Shown here in pieces: positions 47,600 to 58,228 of a stretch of DNA of 64,000 nt. Under the pieces are notes generated by a model. That model was not told the origin of the DNA, made no database searches, and saw only the letters and a list, made by a program, of their open reading frames with translations. The translations under genes were made by a program, and so were the position numbers. Source of the DNA: an uncultured delta proteobacterium (GTDB lineage: Bacteria > Desulfobacterota > Desulfuromonadia > Desulfuromonadales > BM103); contig CAVQRZ010000043.1 of the NCBI GenBank assembly GCA_963715335.1, positions 1 to 64,000 on the forward strand, read 5' to 3'. How positions within the stretch are numbered: position 1 is the first letter of the stretch; every line of letters begins with the position of its first letter.

Positions 47600-48830
47600 G
47601 ATTTAACTCCATTTCTGTTGCTCTGGTTGGCAGGAAGAGAGCGATGGCTGTCCCCTCCCCGCCGGCACTCGGTTCCAGATAGATTTCCCCCTGCATCTGG
47701 CGCATGATCGCCCGGCACGTCGCCAGGCCGATCCCTACCCCACTCGGCTTGTCTGCATCCAGGTCACCCAGCTGTGAATAACCCTGGAAGATATCCTCAG
47801 CATGCTCTTGTGGTACAGATTGCCCCTGGTTGAATATCTGCAGATAAACCATCGGGTTGCCACGCCGCGTCATGTTCTCGGCATTAATCGACAGCAGGCC
47901 GCCTGTCCGGTTAAACTTGACCGCGTTGTCGACCAGCGCATCAAGCAGAACCTCCAGCTTGTCCTGGTCCCCTCTGACCGACATCAGGTCCCCTTGCAGT
48001 TGAACCATGAGATCCAGCTGCTTCGCATCTATTTCATCTTCATATTTCTGCAACGCCTGTGCAAGGGAGTCTTTGAGCGAGAGCTCCTGCCATTGCCAGT
48101 CTTCATTACCGGAGTCGAGGGAAAAAAGGCGAAGCATCCCGGTCAGCAGCCGCTCCAGGTCTTTGCCCTTGTCGTAGATCCTGGCAATATATTCCTGCAG
48201 CCGGGCAGGATCCACCTGGTCATAAAAGTTGTGCAAAAGATCAGCAAAACCGAGTACCGAAGTAAGCGGGGTTTTCAATTCATGAGACAGGTTGCAGACA
48301 AAACGGGTCCGATCTTCATGAAGTTTGACGAGCGCTGCATGAGCGGACTCGGCTTCCCTGTTCTTCTCCTGAAGACGGCCCACGAGCTTCATGTTTTCAA
48401 TAGCCAGTGCAGTCTGTGGAGCAATCGTCTCCAGCTCACCCCGCTGCAGTCGCGCAGAGATCCGACTCCGGGCGTCCAACAGTGCTGCTTTGTCAAGCGG
48501 CCGGATCAGGACGTCAGTCACGCCACTGCGGAACGCCGTGAGGGACAGGGGCAGAGAAGGTTCAGGCAGGACTGCGACCAGAGGCAGATCAGGATAAGCC
48601 CGTCTGAGAGACTGCATGGTCCGGAAGCCCGGGGAATCGATGGCCGTCACGTCACTGACGACCATCTGGATTTTTTCCCGCGGCACCTGGTCGACCACCC
48701 CCGGTGCCTGGTCATGAACTCTGACCGAAATCTCTGCATCTGGCCAGACCTCACGGACCGCCGTCAGACTGCCTGGCTGTGCCTCCAGAAGCAGTAATTT
48801 CAAGCCGTGTGCACCGGGGCCTGGGGCCAT
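47592..48830 (-). CDS. Hybrid sensor histidine kinase (degenerate REC + HisKA + HATPase)
   Basis: SHELKTPL H-box, DNAVKF N-box, GVGIGL G2 box. Confidence 0.9.
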   Translation of the reverse strand: MAPGPGAHGLKLLLLEAQPGSLTAVREVWPDAEISVRVHDQAPGVVDQVPREKIQMVVSDVTAIDSPGFRTMQSLRRAYPDLPLVAVLPEPSLPLSLTAFRSGVTDVLIRPLDKAALLDARSRISARLQRGELETIAPQTALAIENMKLVGRLQEKNREAESAHAALVKLHEDRTRFVCNLSHELKTPLTSVLGFADLLHNFYDQVDPARLQEYIARIYDKGKDLERLLTGMLRLFSLDSGNEDWQWQELSLKDSLAQALQKYEDEIDAKQLDLMVQLQGDLMSVRGDQDKLEVLLDALVDNAVKFNRTGGLLSINAENMTRRGNPMVYLQIFNQGQSVPQEHAEDIFQGYSQLGDLDADKPSGVGIGLATCRAIMRQMQGEIYLEPSAGGEGTAIALFLPTRATEMELNHD

Positions 48831-48858
48831 GCAGTCACTCCGTTTGTCTGATGCGGTC

Positions 48859-51549
48859 TTACTGTCCGCAACATTTTTTATATTTTTTGCCGCTTCCGCA
48901 GGGGCAGGGGTCATTCCGGCCGACCTTGTCCTCTTCACGTTTTGCAGGACTTTGCCCGGCGGTCTGCGGACCACTTTGTCGGGTCAGGGCAAGTCGTTGG
49001 CGACGCTGCTCAGCTTCCATCTCCGCCACTTCTTCTTCCCGCGCCAGCTGTACCAGGAAAAGTTTCTGTGAAACTTCCTGTCGGATCCGTCCCATCATCG
49101 TCATGAACAGGTCGTAGGCTTCGCGTTTATACTCTTCCTTCGGGTTACGCTGCGCATAGGCGCGCATGCCGATCCCCTCTTTGAGGTGGTCGATGGAAAG
49201 CAGGTGGTCTTTCCACTGGGTGTCGATAGTCTGCAACAACAGAACCTTCATCAGATGTTCCAGGACCGGTGTCGTGAAAGATTCCTCCCGTTCAGCCAGG
49301 CGTTTTGTCACCTGATCCTTGAGGCTGGCTTCCAGCTCTTCCGGCTTGAGATTTTTCTCCTGCGTCGGCAGCTCCGGCAAGAAGTTGAACTGGTTGGCAA
49401 AATCAATCGCCATGGCATCCCAGCTCCATTCGCTAACGGGAGTCTTTACCGGACAGAAGGTTGCCACCATGTCTTCAACAATTTCATCCAGTATCGTCTC
49501 GATGGTTTCGCGAATATTCTCACCGGCGAGGACTTCCTTGCGTTGCGTATAGATAACCTCGCGTTGACGATTCATGACATCATCATAATCGATCAGATGC
49601 TTGCGAATTTCGAAGTTGTGAGCCTCGACTTTTTTCTGGGCACCTTCTATGGCCTTGGAAATCATGCCATGCTCTATCGCTTCACCTTCCGGAACCTTGA
49701 GCTTGTCCATGATAAATGAAACCCGGTGGGAGCCGAATATCCGCAGCAGATCGTCCTCAAGGCTCATGTAGAAACGACTTTCACCCGGATCGCCCTGGCG
49801 GCCTGACCGGCCTCGCAGCTGATTGTCAATCCGCCTTGATTCATGTCGCTCGGTGCCCAGGATGTACAGGCCTCCGGCACCGAGGACTTCCTGTTTTTCG
49901 GCAACGCAGGTTGCCATGTACTTCGCAAGGGCCTGGGCAAAAGCATCTTCCGGATTATCGGCAGCGGCGGCTTCACGCTTGGCAAGCATTTCCGGGTTGC
50001 CCCCGAGCACAATATCGGTGCCGCGGCCGGCCATATTGGTCGCGATCGTAACCGAGCCCTTGCGCCCTGCCTGGGCAACGATCTCAGCTTCGCGTTCGTG
50101 GTGTTTGGCATTCAAGACATGATGCGGCACCCCACGTTTTTTCAGCAACTCTGAGAGCCGTTCTGAGTTCTCGATGGTAATCGTTCCGACCAGAACCGGT
50201 TGCCCGATTTCATGGCGCTCGTGAATGTCTTCAATTACTGCACGGAACTTTTCCTTCTCCGTCTTGTAGATGACATCAGCCTGGTCGATGCGAATCATCG
50301 GCTGGTTGGTCGGTATGACGACAACTTCGAGCTTGTAAATCTGGCCGAATTCGGCGGCCTCGGTATCGGCCGTACCGGTCATCCCGGCAAGTTTTTCGTA
50401 CATGCGGAAATAATTCTGGAAGGTGATCGTCGCCAGGGTCTGGTTCTCGCGTTCGATTTTCAACCCTTCCTTGGCCTCGATCGCCTGGTGCTGGCCATCC
50501 CCCCAGCGCCGGCCCGGCATGAGGCGACCGGTAAATTCGTCGACAATCAGAACTTCGCCGTCCTTGACGACGTAATCAACATCACGCTTGAAGATCGCAT
50601 GAGCCCTGAGAGCCTGGTTGACGTGGTGCAGGATAGCCATGTTGCCCGGCTCGTAAAGATTTTCAATTCCCAGTAGCTTTTCGACCTTCAAGACCCCTTC
50701 TTCGGTCAGAGTCGCCGACTTGGACTTTTCGTCCACGGTATAATCCCCGGTATAGGAACGAAAGGTCCGACCGATCTGGCCCTCGCGATCTTCGACCATC
50801 TCACCTTTTTGCAGGCGCGGGATAATTTTTTCGGCAGCGAAGTAGAGCTCGCTGGTTGCATCGGTCGGCCCGGAAATAATCAACGGTGTCCGTGCTTCGT
50901 CGATCAGGATGGAGTCAACTTCGTCGACAATGGCATAGTAGAGATCGCGTTGAACATAGTCCTCAAGGGCGAACTTCATGTTGTCCCGAAGATAATCGAA
51001 GCCGAATTCGTTGTTGGTGCCATAGGTGATATCGGCTTTGTAGGCGGCCTTGCGCTGCGCATCGGTCCGACCATGAATAATGCAATCAACTTCCAGGCCC
51101 AGAAAGTTATAGACTTTGCCCATCCATTCGGCGTCACGTTTGGCCAGGTAGTCGTTAACTGTAATGACATGCACCCCTTTGCCGGCCAGGGCATTGAGGT
51201 ACACCGGCAGCGTCGACATGAGGGTCTTGCCTTCACCGGTTTTCATCTCGGCGATTTTGCCCGCATGGAGAACCATACCTCCAATCATCTGGACATCAAA
51301 GTGGCGCATCCCCAGGGTTCGCACCGCTGCTTCGCGGACCACGGCGAAGGCTTCGGGAAGCAGATCGTCAAGCGTTTCACCGTCTGCCAGACGGCCGCGG
51401 AATTCAAGCGTTTTCCCGGTCAGGGCGGCATCAGTCAAGGCCTTGATTTCCGGTTCCAGGGCATTGATCTGCGCAACGGTCTGTTGCAGTCGTTTCAAAT
51501 CGCGATCATTCTTGCTGCCAACGATTTTTTTCAGCACACTTCCTATCAT
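48859..51549 (-). CDS. secA: Preprotein translocase ATPase SecA
   Basis: [45 protein letters not shown]. Confidence 0.99.
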   Translation of the reverse strand: MIGSVLKKIVGSKNDRDLKRLQQTVAQINALEPEIKALTDAALTGKTLEFRGRLADGETLDDLLPEAFAVVREAAVRTLGMRHFDVQMIGGMVLHAGKIAEMKTGEGKTLMSTLPVYLNALAGKGVHVITVNDYLAKRDAEWMGKVYNFLGLEVDCIIHGRTDAQRKAAYKADITYGTNNEFGFDYLRDNMKFALEDYVQRDLYYAIVDEVDSILIDEARTPLIISGPTDATSELYFAAEKIIPRLQKGEMVEDREGQIGRTFRSYTGDYTVDEKSKSATLTEEGVLKVEKLLGIENLYEPGNMAILHHVNQALRAHAIFKRDVDYVVKDGEVLIVDEFTGRLMPGRRWGDGQHQAIEAKEGLKIERENQTLATITFQNYFRMYEKLAGMTGTADTEAAEFGQIYKLEVVVIPTNQPMIRIDQADVIYKTEKEKFRAVIEDIHERHEIGQPVLVGTITIENSERLSELLKKRGVPHHVLNAKHHEREAEIVAQAGRKGSVTIATNMAGRGTDIVLGGNPEMLAKREAAAADNPEDAFAQALAKYMATCVAEKQEVLGAGGLYILGTERHESRRIDNQLRGRSGRQGDPGESRFYMSLEDDLLRIFGSHRVSFIMDKLKVPEGEAIEHGMISKAIEGAQKKVEAHNFEIRKHLIDYDDVMNRQREVIYTQRKEVLAGENIRETIETILDEIVEDMVATFCPVKTPVSEWSWDAMAIDFANQFNFLPELPTQEKNLKPEELEASLKDQVTKRLAEREESFTTPVLEHLMKVLLLQTIDTQWKDHLLSIDHLKEGIGMRAYAQRNPKEEYKREAYDLFMTMMGRIRQEVSQKLFLVQLAREEEVAEMEAEQRRQRLALTRQSGPQTAGQSPAKREEDKVGRNDPCPCGSGKKYKKCCGQ

Positions 51550-51795
51550 CTGGCACTCCGTAACCGGTAAGTTACCGGTGATATTATCAGTAAAACAAGA
51601 GCTGGGGCATTCCAGTCAGAATTGCGAATTTTAACACAGCAGAGATTGGGCTCACAAGGTTAAACAGGTCTGCCCGTTCAGGACTAATCAGCAGGCGTTT
51701 TTCTGCCCGGCACCTTCATGAAACAGCAATCCCCGGGAGTGAGCCCAGGGATTGCGGTGTGATTTAACAGCTGTATGGGAAATTAAACTGGCGGG

Positions 51796-52251
51796 TTAAT
51801 TCCAGTTCCCCTTGTTGTAGCTGAAGATATGCCGGTTGGGAATAATTTTGACGACCGCAAACTGGCTGTCGTCGAATGCTCCCGGAGTTCTCGCCGAGGA
51901 CTCCAGAACCTGCTCCTTGTATGAAATGATTCCGACGAACGGGATTGAAGCCGACTTCGAACGCATCACCTTGACCTTCAGGGACGAATCGTCAATCTGG
52001 TGGTAACGTGCCAGGTAAGTGCCGTCCGCCTGTTTTGTTACAAGCATGCGGCAACGGGCGAGTTTATGGTTGCGGTTTAACTGCTGGACCTTGGAATGGG
52101 CAAAGTTCTCAAAGTCGTCATACTTCTCTGCAAGCTTCTGATCCGAAGCCGCGCCTTTCTCGGTACTTGCCAACGCAACATCCATGGAGGTCGCAGGCAG
52201 ACAGAATAAGCAGAGCGTAGCCACCAGTGTGATCTTTCGTGTGATGTTCAT
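51796..52251 (-). CDS. Hypothetical exported protein
   Basis: GGAGG RBS; signal peptide; coding-like composition. Confidence 0.75.
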   Translation of the reverse strand: MNITRKITLVATLCLFCLPATSMDVALASTEKGAASDQKLAEKYDDFENFAHSKVQQLNRNHKLARCRMLVTKQADGTYLARYHQIDDSSLKVKVMRSKSASIPFVGIISYKEQVLESSARTPGAFDDSQFAVVKIIPNRHIFSYNKGNWN

Positions 52252-52292
52252 CTCGCACCTCCCGCTGGGTCATTAGTCTCTGCCTGTTACAT

Positions 52293-52308
52293 AGCAATGA
52301 CCGTACCA
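52293..52308 (-). promoter_or_regulatory. Sigma54 -24/-12 promoter
   Basis: TGGTACGGTCATTGCT (GG-N10-GC), ~40 bp upstream of the start codon. Confidence 0.75.
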
Positions 52309-52470
52309 GAAAGGGCTACCGACAAGTAAACCATTGAATTTACTGAAGCAAGTACATTATTCCCTCTTTTCACGACAACCGGAACCAGGCCAACGAATGA
52401 CATTCTTTGTCAGACGACACGGCGAAAAGGATATAAATGTCACCGTTTTTTGTCACGCAAGCCACCCTCT

Positions 52471-52507
52471 AAAAAACCGGCCAGGCGCATAACAGGCGCC
52501 TGGCCGG
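52471..52507 (-). terminator. Intrinsic terminator after the OmpA gene
   Basis: CCGGCCAGGCGC-loop-GCGCCTGGCCGG followed by T6. Confidence 0.85.
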
Positions 52508-52532
52508 GTGTTGCACTCAATACATGGTCTTG

Positions 52533-53610
52533 TTACTTGGACATCATCTCGACCCTTCGGTTGAGCTTCCTGCCCTCTTTGGTTGCGTTGTCATACTTGG
52601 CTTGGGATTCACCATAACCCTTGGCCTGCAGCCTGGATTCTGCGACTCCGTTGCCGACCAGCCATTTTTTGACCGAGGCGGCACGACGTTCGGAGAGGCC
52701 CTGGTTGTAAACCTCGGGACCGGTCGAATCGGTATGACCGGAAAGGACGAAGTCGGTATTGGGCTCTTCATCCAAGATCATCTTGACCTGCTCAAGCACC
52801 GGAATCATCTCGTCGGTGATTGCCGCCTTGTCAAAGCCGAACAGCAGGTTGAAGGTGACCACTTCCTTGGCAACCGGAGCCGGTGCCGGTGCCGGAGCCG
52901 GTGCCGGAGCCGGAGCAGGGACCGGTTTCGGAGCCGGTGCGGGCATCCGTTCTTCGTAAAGGACATCCTTGGCGAACTGTGCCATGGCAGCATCGGAGGC
53001 CAGGGACTTGCCATCCGCGGCAACACTGCAGCTCGAAAGCCCGCGGATTGCCGAGATGGTCTGCTCGCCCTCCGGGGTGTCGGCATAACTGACTACGTGG
53101 ATGCAGAGATTGGCACCGTTTTTAGCGTAAAGCTCTTTGGCCTGGGCGACCGCATCCGAACCGGTATTCGACACTCCGTCAGTAAAGACGATCAGGGCCG
53201 TTTTCCCGGACAGGCCGTCGATCAGGGGAGCAACTTCTCTCAGCCCATCTCCCATCGGCGTCATATAGTTGAAAGGTGGTGAAACACCTGCCGCTGCGGG
53301 CGCGAGGGTCCCCTTTCTTAAAGGTCGCCGGCTGCGTCACCGTCTTGTAGGGGGCAAACACGGCAACGGAGCTGTTGTAGCCGAGCTCCGGGGTCACCTG
53401 CTCCAGGCGCTTGACCGCATCGACAGACTGCTCGAACTTCTGATTTCCGGGCGTTGCTTTCGCCCACGCCATTGAACCCGACTGGTCGATGAAAATGACA
53501 AAGTTATCCACTTTCTTGACCATTTCCGCTGACACGTCAACCGGTGCAACTACACCGCTGACCACCAGAAAGGCCAAAACGACCATTAAATACCTGCAAA
53601 CCTGTTTCAT
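52533..53610 (-). CDS. vWA-domain + Pro/Ala linker + OmpA C-terminal domain protein; apparent +1 frameshift at 53310-53313
   Basis: Signal peptide, IDQSGSM MIDAS, FTDG; (PA)n linker; GHTDS.G..YN..LS..RA, NRRVE. Confidence 0.88.
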
Positions 53611-53831
53611 CACACTACTCCTTTTTTGTAAGTCAAGATTTCGGGAAAACCCACATTGGGTATTTTACAGCTTTTGATGACATGATATCGGAAGGTTTTC
53701 ATTAGTCAATTAGCTAAATACATTATTTTTTCAGTTACTGTTAAATTTTTGCCAGGACTCTGTCTGCAGAAACTTTTTCTATCTTTTTGTGACATTTCTG
53801 TTGATGCCATGGTTGCTCATCAAAAAGACAT

Positions 53832-53856
53832 AAAAAAGCCCGGTTATACCGGGCTT
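53832..53856 (-). terminator. Intrinsic terminator after the M23 gene
   Basis: AAGCCCGGT-loop-ACCGGGCTT followed by T run. Confidence 0.75.
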
Positions 53857-53881
53857 CAATTTAAGACTATAAATGCGCTGG

Positions 53882-54754
53882 TTATAAATATTTATGAGGA
53901 TTGACCGGGACGCCGTTGAGCCGGATCTCGTAATGGACGTGGGAGCCGGTAGACCGGCCGGTGTTGCCAACGGCGGCAATACGCTCACCGCGTCTGACCC
54001 TCTGACCGACATTTACATAGTACCGGGAGTTGTGCCCGTAGATGGTGCGGTAACCGTATCCATGGTCAACGATGACGACCTTGCCGTAGCCGGGTTCCGT
54101 CTTGACACTGCTGACAATTCCGTCTGCCGTGGCAACCACCGAAGTTCCGGTCCGCGCTGCAATATCAAGGCCTTCATGCATCTTGCGTCTGCCGTTAAAC
54201 GGATCACGCCGCATACCGAAACTGGAAGTCAACCAGCCCTTGACAGGCCAGCCGACAGGCTTGGCTGCCAGTAACGAGCGTTGATCGTTAAGAATTCCCT
54301 GGATTTCTTCCTGGCTTTCGCGACGCAGATCAATCTGGCGACGAACTTCGTCAATCCGTTGCTGGATATCACTGAATTCGCGGTTGACATCTTCCTGAGT
54401 GGCAGGACCACCGACGCCGACCATGCTGTCACTTTTCGGTGCCGACAATTTGGCCATGACACGCACTTTGGCATCATTCTGTGCCAGCACGACAATCTCC
54501 TGGCGCAATTCTTCCAGTTTGACCACCAGCCTGTGCAGCTCTTCGCGCTGCGAGAGGTTTTCAACCTGCAAACGTGCAAACTCGTTGCGATCGAGGTTGG
54601 TCATAAGATAATCGGCAGTCAAGCCTGCAAGCCCCAGAACCAGGGCCGCGGCGGCCGCGGCGAAACCTTTAAGTACGGACAGGCGCACAGCAAAACGGCG
54701 CACCTGGTGCGAACCTTCCGGTATAACAAGTATGGTAAACCGTTTATCAGACAA
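53882..54754 (-). CDS. M23-family metallopeptidase
   Basis: HEGLD, YGHN, GRSTGSHVHYE; N-terminal TM and coiled coil; TTG start after GGAGG. Confidence 0.93.
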   Translation of the reverse strand: MSDKRFTILVIPEGSHQVRRFAVRLSVLKGFAAAAAALVLGLAGLTADYLMTNLDRNEFARLQVENLSQREELHRLVVKLEELRQEIVVLAQNDAKVRVMAKLSAPKSDSMVGVGGPATQEDVNREFSDIQQRIDEVRRQIDLRRESQEEIQGILNDQRSLLAAKPVGWPVKGWLTSSFGMRRDPFNGRRKMHEGLDIAARTGTSVVATADGIVSSVKTEPGYGKVVIVDHGYGYRTIYGHNSRYYVNVGQRVRRGERIAAVGNTGRSTGSHVHYEIRLNGVPVNPHKYL

Positions 54755-54879
54755 TACCCCAAACCTCCAAAGAAACCCTACATTGACCCAATTCTGCCGC
54801 TAATTAATAAAGGATTGGTGAGCTCACTGTCAAGATTAAAGAGCAAATCCCCAGGGAATACACCAACTTTGCTTGTCAA

Positions 54880-55338
54880 TCATCCCGTCTGAAGAGAAAT
54901 GCTCAGGGCAATTTCATCACACTCGGGAAATTTTGCACACTTGATACAGTCACCCCAGATTTTCTGAGGGAGCTCCGATTTCTCAATTACCGTAAAACCG
55001 AGCTTTTCGAAGAACGTCTGCTGATAAGTTAATGCAAAAACCCTGCCTATTCCCAAAATCCGAGCCTCGGCAAGACAAGCTTCTACCAGGTGTTTGCCGA
55101 TTCCACGCCCGGAAAAATTTTCATCGACCACCAGGGAGCGGACCTCGGCGAGGTCTTCCCAACAGATGTTCAGCGCCGCCGCCCCGACCACCCGCTCTTC
55201 ATCGACGAATACATAAAAATCCCGGATCGCCTCAAAGATCTCCATCAGTGAGCGGGAAAGGACCAGGCCATCCTTGGCATACTTGAGCAACAGTCGATGG
55301 ATCTGGCGTGCGTCCTGCAAAATAGCCTTGCGAATCAT
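54880..55338 (-). CDS. argA: GNAT N-acetyltransferase, short ArgA-type
   Basis: WEDLAEVRSL, VFALTY, LPQKIW.DC..C.KFPECDE. Confidence 0.8.
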   Translation of the reverse strand: MIRKAILQDARQIHRLLLKYAKDGLVLSRSLMEIFEAIRDFYVFVDEERVVGAAALNICWEDLAEVRSLVVDENFSGRGIGKHLVEACLAEARILGIGRVFALTYQQTFFEKLGFTVIEKSELPQKIWGDCIKCAKFPECDEIALSISLQTG

Positions 55339-55366
55339 GGTTCCTCCAATGCAGTCGATGGGCTCA

Positions 55367-57034
55367 TCAGCCTTCTGCCGACAAGGCGAGCAATTCCTTT
55401 GCGTGCAGGATGGTCTGTTCTGTCACCTGAGCCCCGCCGAGCATACGGGCCATCTCCCTGGCCCTTTCATCACCGCAGAGCAATTCCATCACCGCCATGG
55501 TCCTGCCATCCCTTTCCTGCTTGGTGACGCGATGGTGGTGGTTGGCAAAGGCAGCAACCTGCGGCAGATGGGTCACGCAGAGAACCTGTGCGGAAGAGCT
55601 TACCGAACGAAGCTTTCGGCCGACAGCAGTAGCGGCAGCGCCGCCAATCCCTGCATCCACCTCGTCGAAGATAATGGTCGGCACCAGACCGGCGTCCGGA
55701 GCGATTCGCTTGAGAGCGAGCATCAAGCGCGACAATTCGCCGCCGGACGCGACTTTGGCCAGAGGCATGAGCGGCTCTCCCGGATTGAGGCTAACCATGA
55801 ACTCAAGGCGTTCAAGACCATCCGGGCCAGCTTGCTCCAAAGCCGTGAAGGCAACTTCAAATGAAGCCCCGGACATGGCCAGGTCGTCAAGCTCCGCTAT
55901 CAGCGCCGTGGCCAGCGTCGACGCAGCCTTGCTCCGCTGATCGGAAAGAGTCTGCCCCAGCGAACCGGTCTCGCGCCGCAAGGCGGCCAGTTCCCCAATC
56001 AGGCAGATCTTGGTTTCACCGGCATTCTCAAGCTGGCTGATCTCCTGATCGTAGCTTGCCTTGAGTTCCAGAATCTCAGCGATTGTTGGTGCATACTTGC
56101 GTTTCAGCCGATGCAGCAGACTGAGCCGCTCTTCGACCGCATCAATGCGGTCAGCGTCGAATGAAACGTTGGCCAGGTAAGAGCGCAACTGTACGGCAAT
56201 GTCTTCAAGCTCAAAGAGGTTACGCTGCACGGTCTCTGAAATGGTGGCCAGGTTTTTGTCAATCTCCGCAACAGACTGCAATTCCTCCGACAGGGCGCCC
56301 AATACTTCACAGACCGAGCCGTCGCCGTCGTAAAGGGCGTCATAGCCGCCCCGGGTAGCAGCCTCCAGTCGTTCGGCGTTCTGTAACAGCAGGCGTTCCG
56401 CGAGGAGCTCCTGCTCCTCTGCAACGGACAACGCCGCAGCGGCAATTTCCCTGGACTGATGCCGCAGCAAATCGAGCTGCTGCTCACGATCCCGTTCGGC
56501 GTCCTCAAGCTTCTCCAGCTGCCGCGCCACGCTCTGCATCCGCTGGTATGACTCGCGATAAGTTTTCACCTGGCCATCGAGCGACCCGAACCGGTCGAGA
56601 ATTGCCAGATGGACATTCCGCCGTAGCAGATGCTGGTGTTCATGTTGGCCGCAGACCGTCACCAGTTGCTCGGCCAGAGGCTGCAACTGTGCCAGAGTGG
56701 CGAGATTGCCGTTGATGTAGGCCCTGCTGCGACCACCACCCTGCACAATCCGCCGCAACACGAGCTCGTCGCCGACGGCAAAACCGGCCCCGACGAAGGC
56801 CTGGCGGACGTCATCCAACTCGGACAGATCAAACAGGGCCTGGACAGTCGCCTCATCGGCACCGGCCCGGACCAGGTCGGGATGGGCCCGGTCTCCCAGC
56901 AGTAAGCCAACCGCACCGAGAATAATCGATTTGCCCGCACCGGTCTCGCCGGTTAAGACATTGAAACCCTCGTCAAACTGGACTTCGAGGTGATCGATAA
57001 TGGCAAAATTGGTGATGGTCAGGTTGAGGAGCAT
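55367..57034 (-). CDS. recN: DNA repair protein RecN
   Basis: LTGETGAGKS, ASGGELSR, FDEVDAGIGG, VTHLPQVAA. Confidence 0.98.
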   Translation of the reverse strand: MLLNLTITNFAIIDHLEVQFDEGFNVLTGETGAGKSIILGAVGLLLGDRAHPDLVRAGADEATVQALFDLSELDDVRQAFVGAGFAVGDELVLRRIVQGGGRSRAYINGNLATLAQLQPLAEQLVTVCGQHEHQHLLRRNVHLAILDRFGSLDGQVKTYRESYQRMQSVARQLEKLEDAERDREQQLDLLRHQSREIAAAALSVAEEQELLAERLLLQNAERLEAATRGGYDALYDGDGSVCEVLGALSEELQSVAEIDKNLATISETVQRNLFELEDIAVQLRSYLANVSFDADRIDAVEERLSLLHRLKRKYAPTIAEILELKASYDQEISQLENAGETKICLIGELAALRRETGSLGQTLSDQRSKAASTLATALIAELDDLAMSGASFEVAFTALEQAGPDGLERLEFMVSLNPGEPLMPLAKVASGGELSRLMLALKRIAPDAGLVPTIIFDEVDAGIGGAAATAVGRKLRSVSSSAQVLCVTHLPQVAAFANHHHRVTKQERDGRTMAVMELLCGDERAREMARMLGGAQVTEQTILHAKELLALSAEG

Positions 57035-57189
57035 AGAACCATAGAGGCGCGAAGGGCGAAGCGCGAAAAATTGAAAAATTAGTCAAACAGTAAAATACTG
57101 CCTATTACAACTATTTTGATGTTTTTGGCAAACGATATCTCTTAGGGGCATCAAAAGGCCTTTTCACACCTCGCGCCTCCCACTTCGGC

Positions 57190-58044
57190 TTATCTTTCCC
57201 CCCACCGCAGCTTGGTCCGCAGCACCTGAAAGTAATCCTTGCTCGGGCTCTTGATCAGCAGCGTGCAATGGTTCGACTTACGCAGTTCCACGACATCGCC
57301 GCACTGCAGGTGCATGCCTTCCTGACCGTCGGCAGTGAAGACCACGTCCTGGTCCTGGGACTTGATGCCGATGCGAATCGTCGCTTCATCTGAGACGACA
57401 ATCGGGCGGTTCGTCAAAGTATGCGGACAGATTGGCGAAATCACATGGCAGTGGTTGCCGGGATAGATGATCGGCCCCCCCGCGGACAGGTTGTAACCGG
57501 TCGAACCTGTCGGCGTCGAAACGATCAGGCCGTCGGCCTTGAAGGTGGTCAGATAATCATCATCAACCCAGGTTTCCATGTCGATGATACGGGCCAGGGC
57601 GCCCTTATTGATAACCACGTCGTTTAACACGCGATAACGTGCCACCTCATTGCCCTGACGCCGGATCACGGCGAGCAGGCGCATCCGTTCGGAAACGAAG
57701 TAATCTCCGTTGACTACCTGCTCCAGGACAGGGAAAAGTTCCGGCTGGGTGATTTCCGTGAGGAAACCGAGACTGCCCAGGTTGACTCCCAGAATTGGTG
57801 TCCGCAGATCACCAATCAGGCGGGCAACGGACAGCAATGTGCCGTCACCGCCCAGGACCATAACCATGTCGACCAGCGGCGGGATCTCCTGGCCTGGATA
57901 GCCTGTAACGCCGACCATGGCATCTGCCAGAGGTTCATCAACAAAGACCTCTATTCTCCGCTCAGCCAGCCAGGCGATGACTTCTTCTGCGAGGCGGACC
58001 GCGTCCTTGTGATGTCGTTTGGCGAAAATACCGATTCTCTTCAT
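57190..58044 (-). CDS. nadK: NAD kinase
   Basis: GGDGT, LNDVV, TPTGSTGYNLSAGG. Confidence 0.97.
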   Translation of the reverse strand: MKRIGIFAKRHHKDAVRLAEEVIAWLAERRIEVFVDEPLADAMVGVTGYPGQEIPPLVDMVMVLGGDGTLLSVARLIGDLRTPILGVNLGSLGFLTEITQPELFPVLEQVVNGDYFVSERMRLLAVIRRQGNEVARYRVLNDVVINKGALARIIDMETWVDDDYLTTFKADGLIVSTPTGSTGYNLSAGGPIIYPGNHCHVISPICPHTLTNRPIVVSDEATIRIGIKSQDQDVVFTADGQEGMHLQCGDVVELRKSNHCTLLIKSPSKDYFQVLRTKLRWGER

Positions 58045-58228
58045 ATGAGCCCTTCCTCAAAACCCGAGCGACTTTACCACAACGAATCGTCAAAGTCCAT
58101 GCCAATCAGGCACTTACAGCATCATTCGCTTGTGGGAAAAACAGTGGTATGTTAGCCTGTTGACAAGCCTCCTAAGGGGCTGGCAAAGAGGATCGAAATC
58201 TGACGCACCACGCGCAACGGTTCTGAAC

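Noticed and set aside
52873..52945. Hexamer repeats as a CRISPR array or VNTR
   Set aside because: They encode the ordinary Pro-Ala linker of the OmpA protein; no repeat-spacer array was seen anywhere in the window
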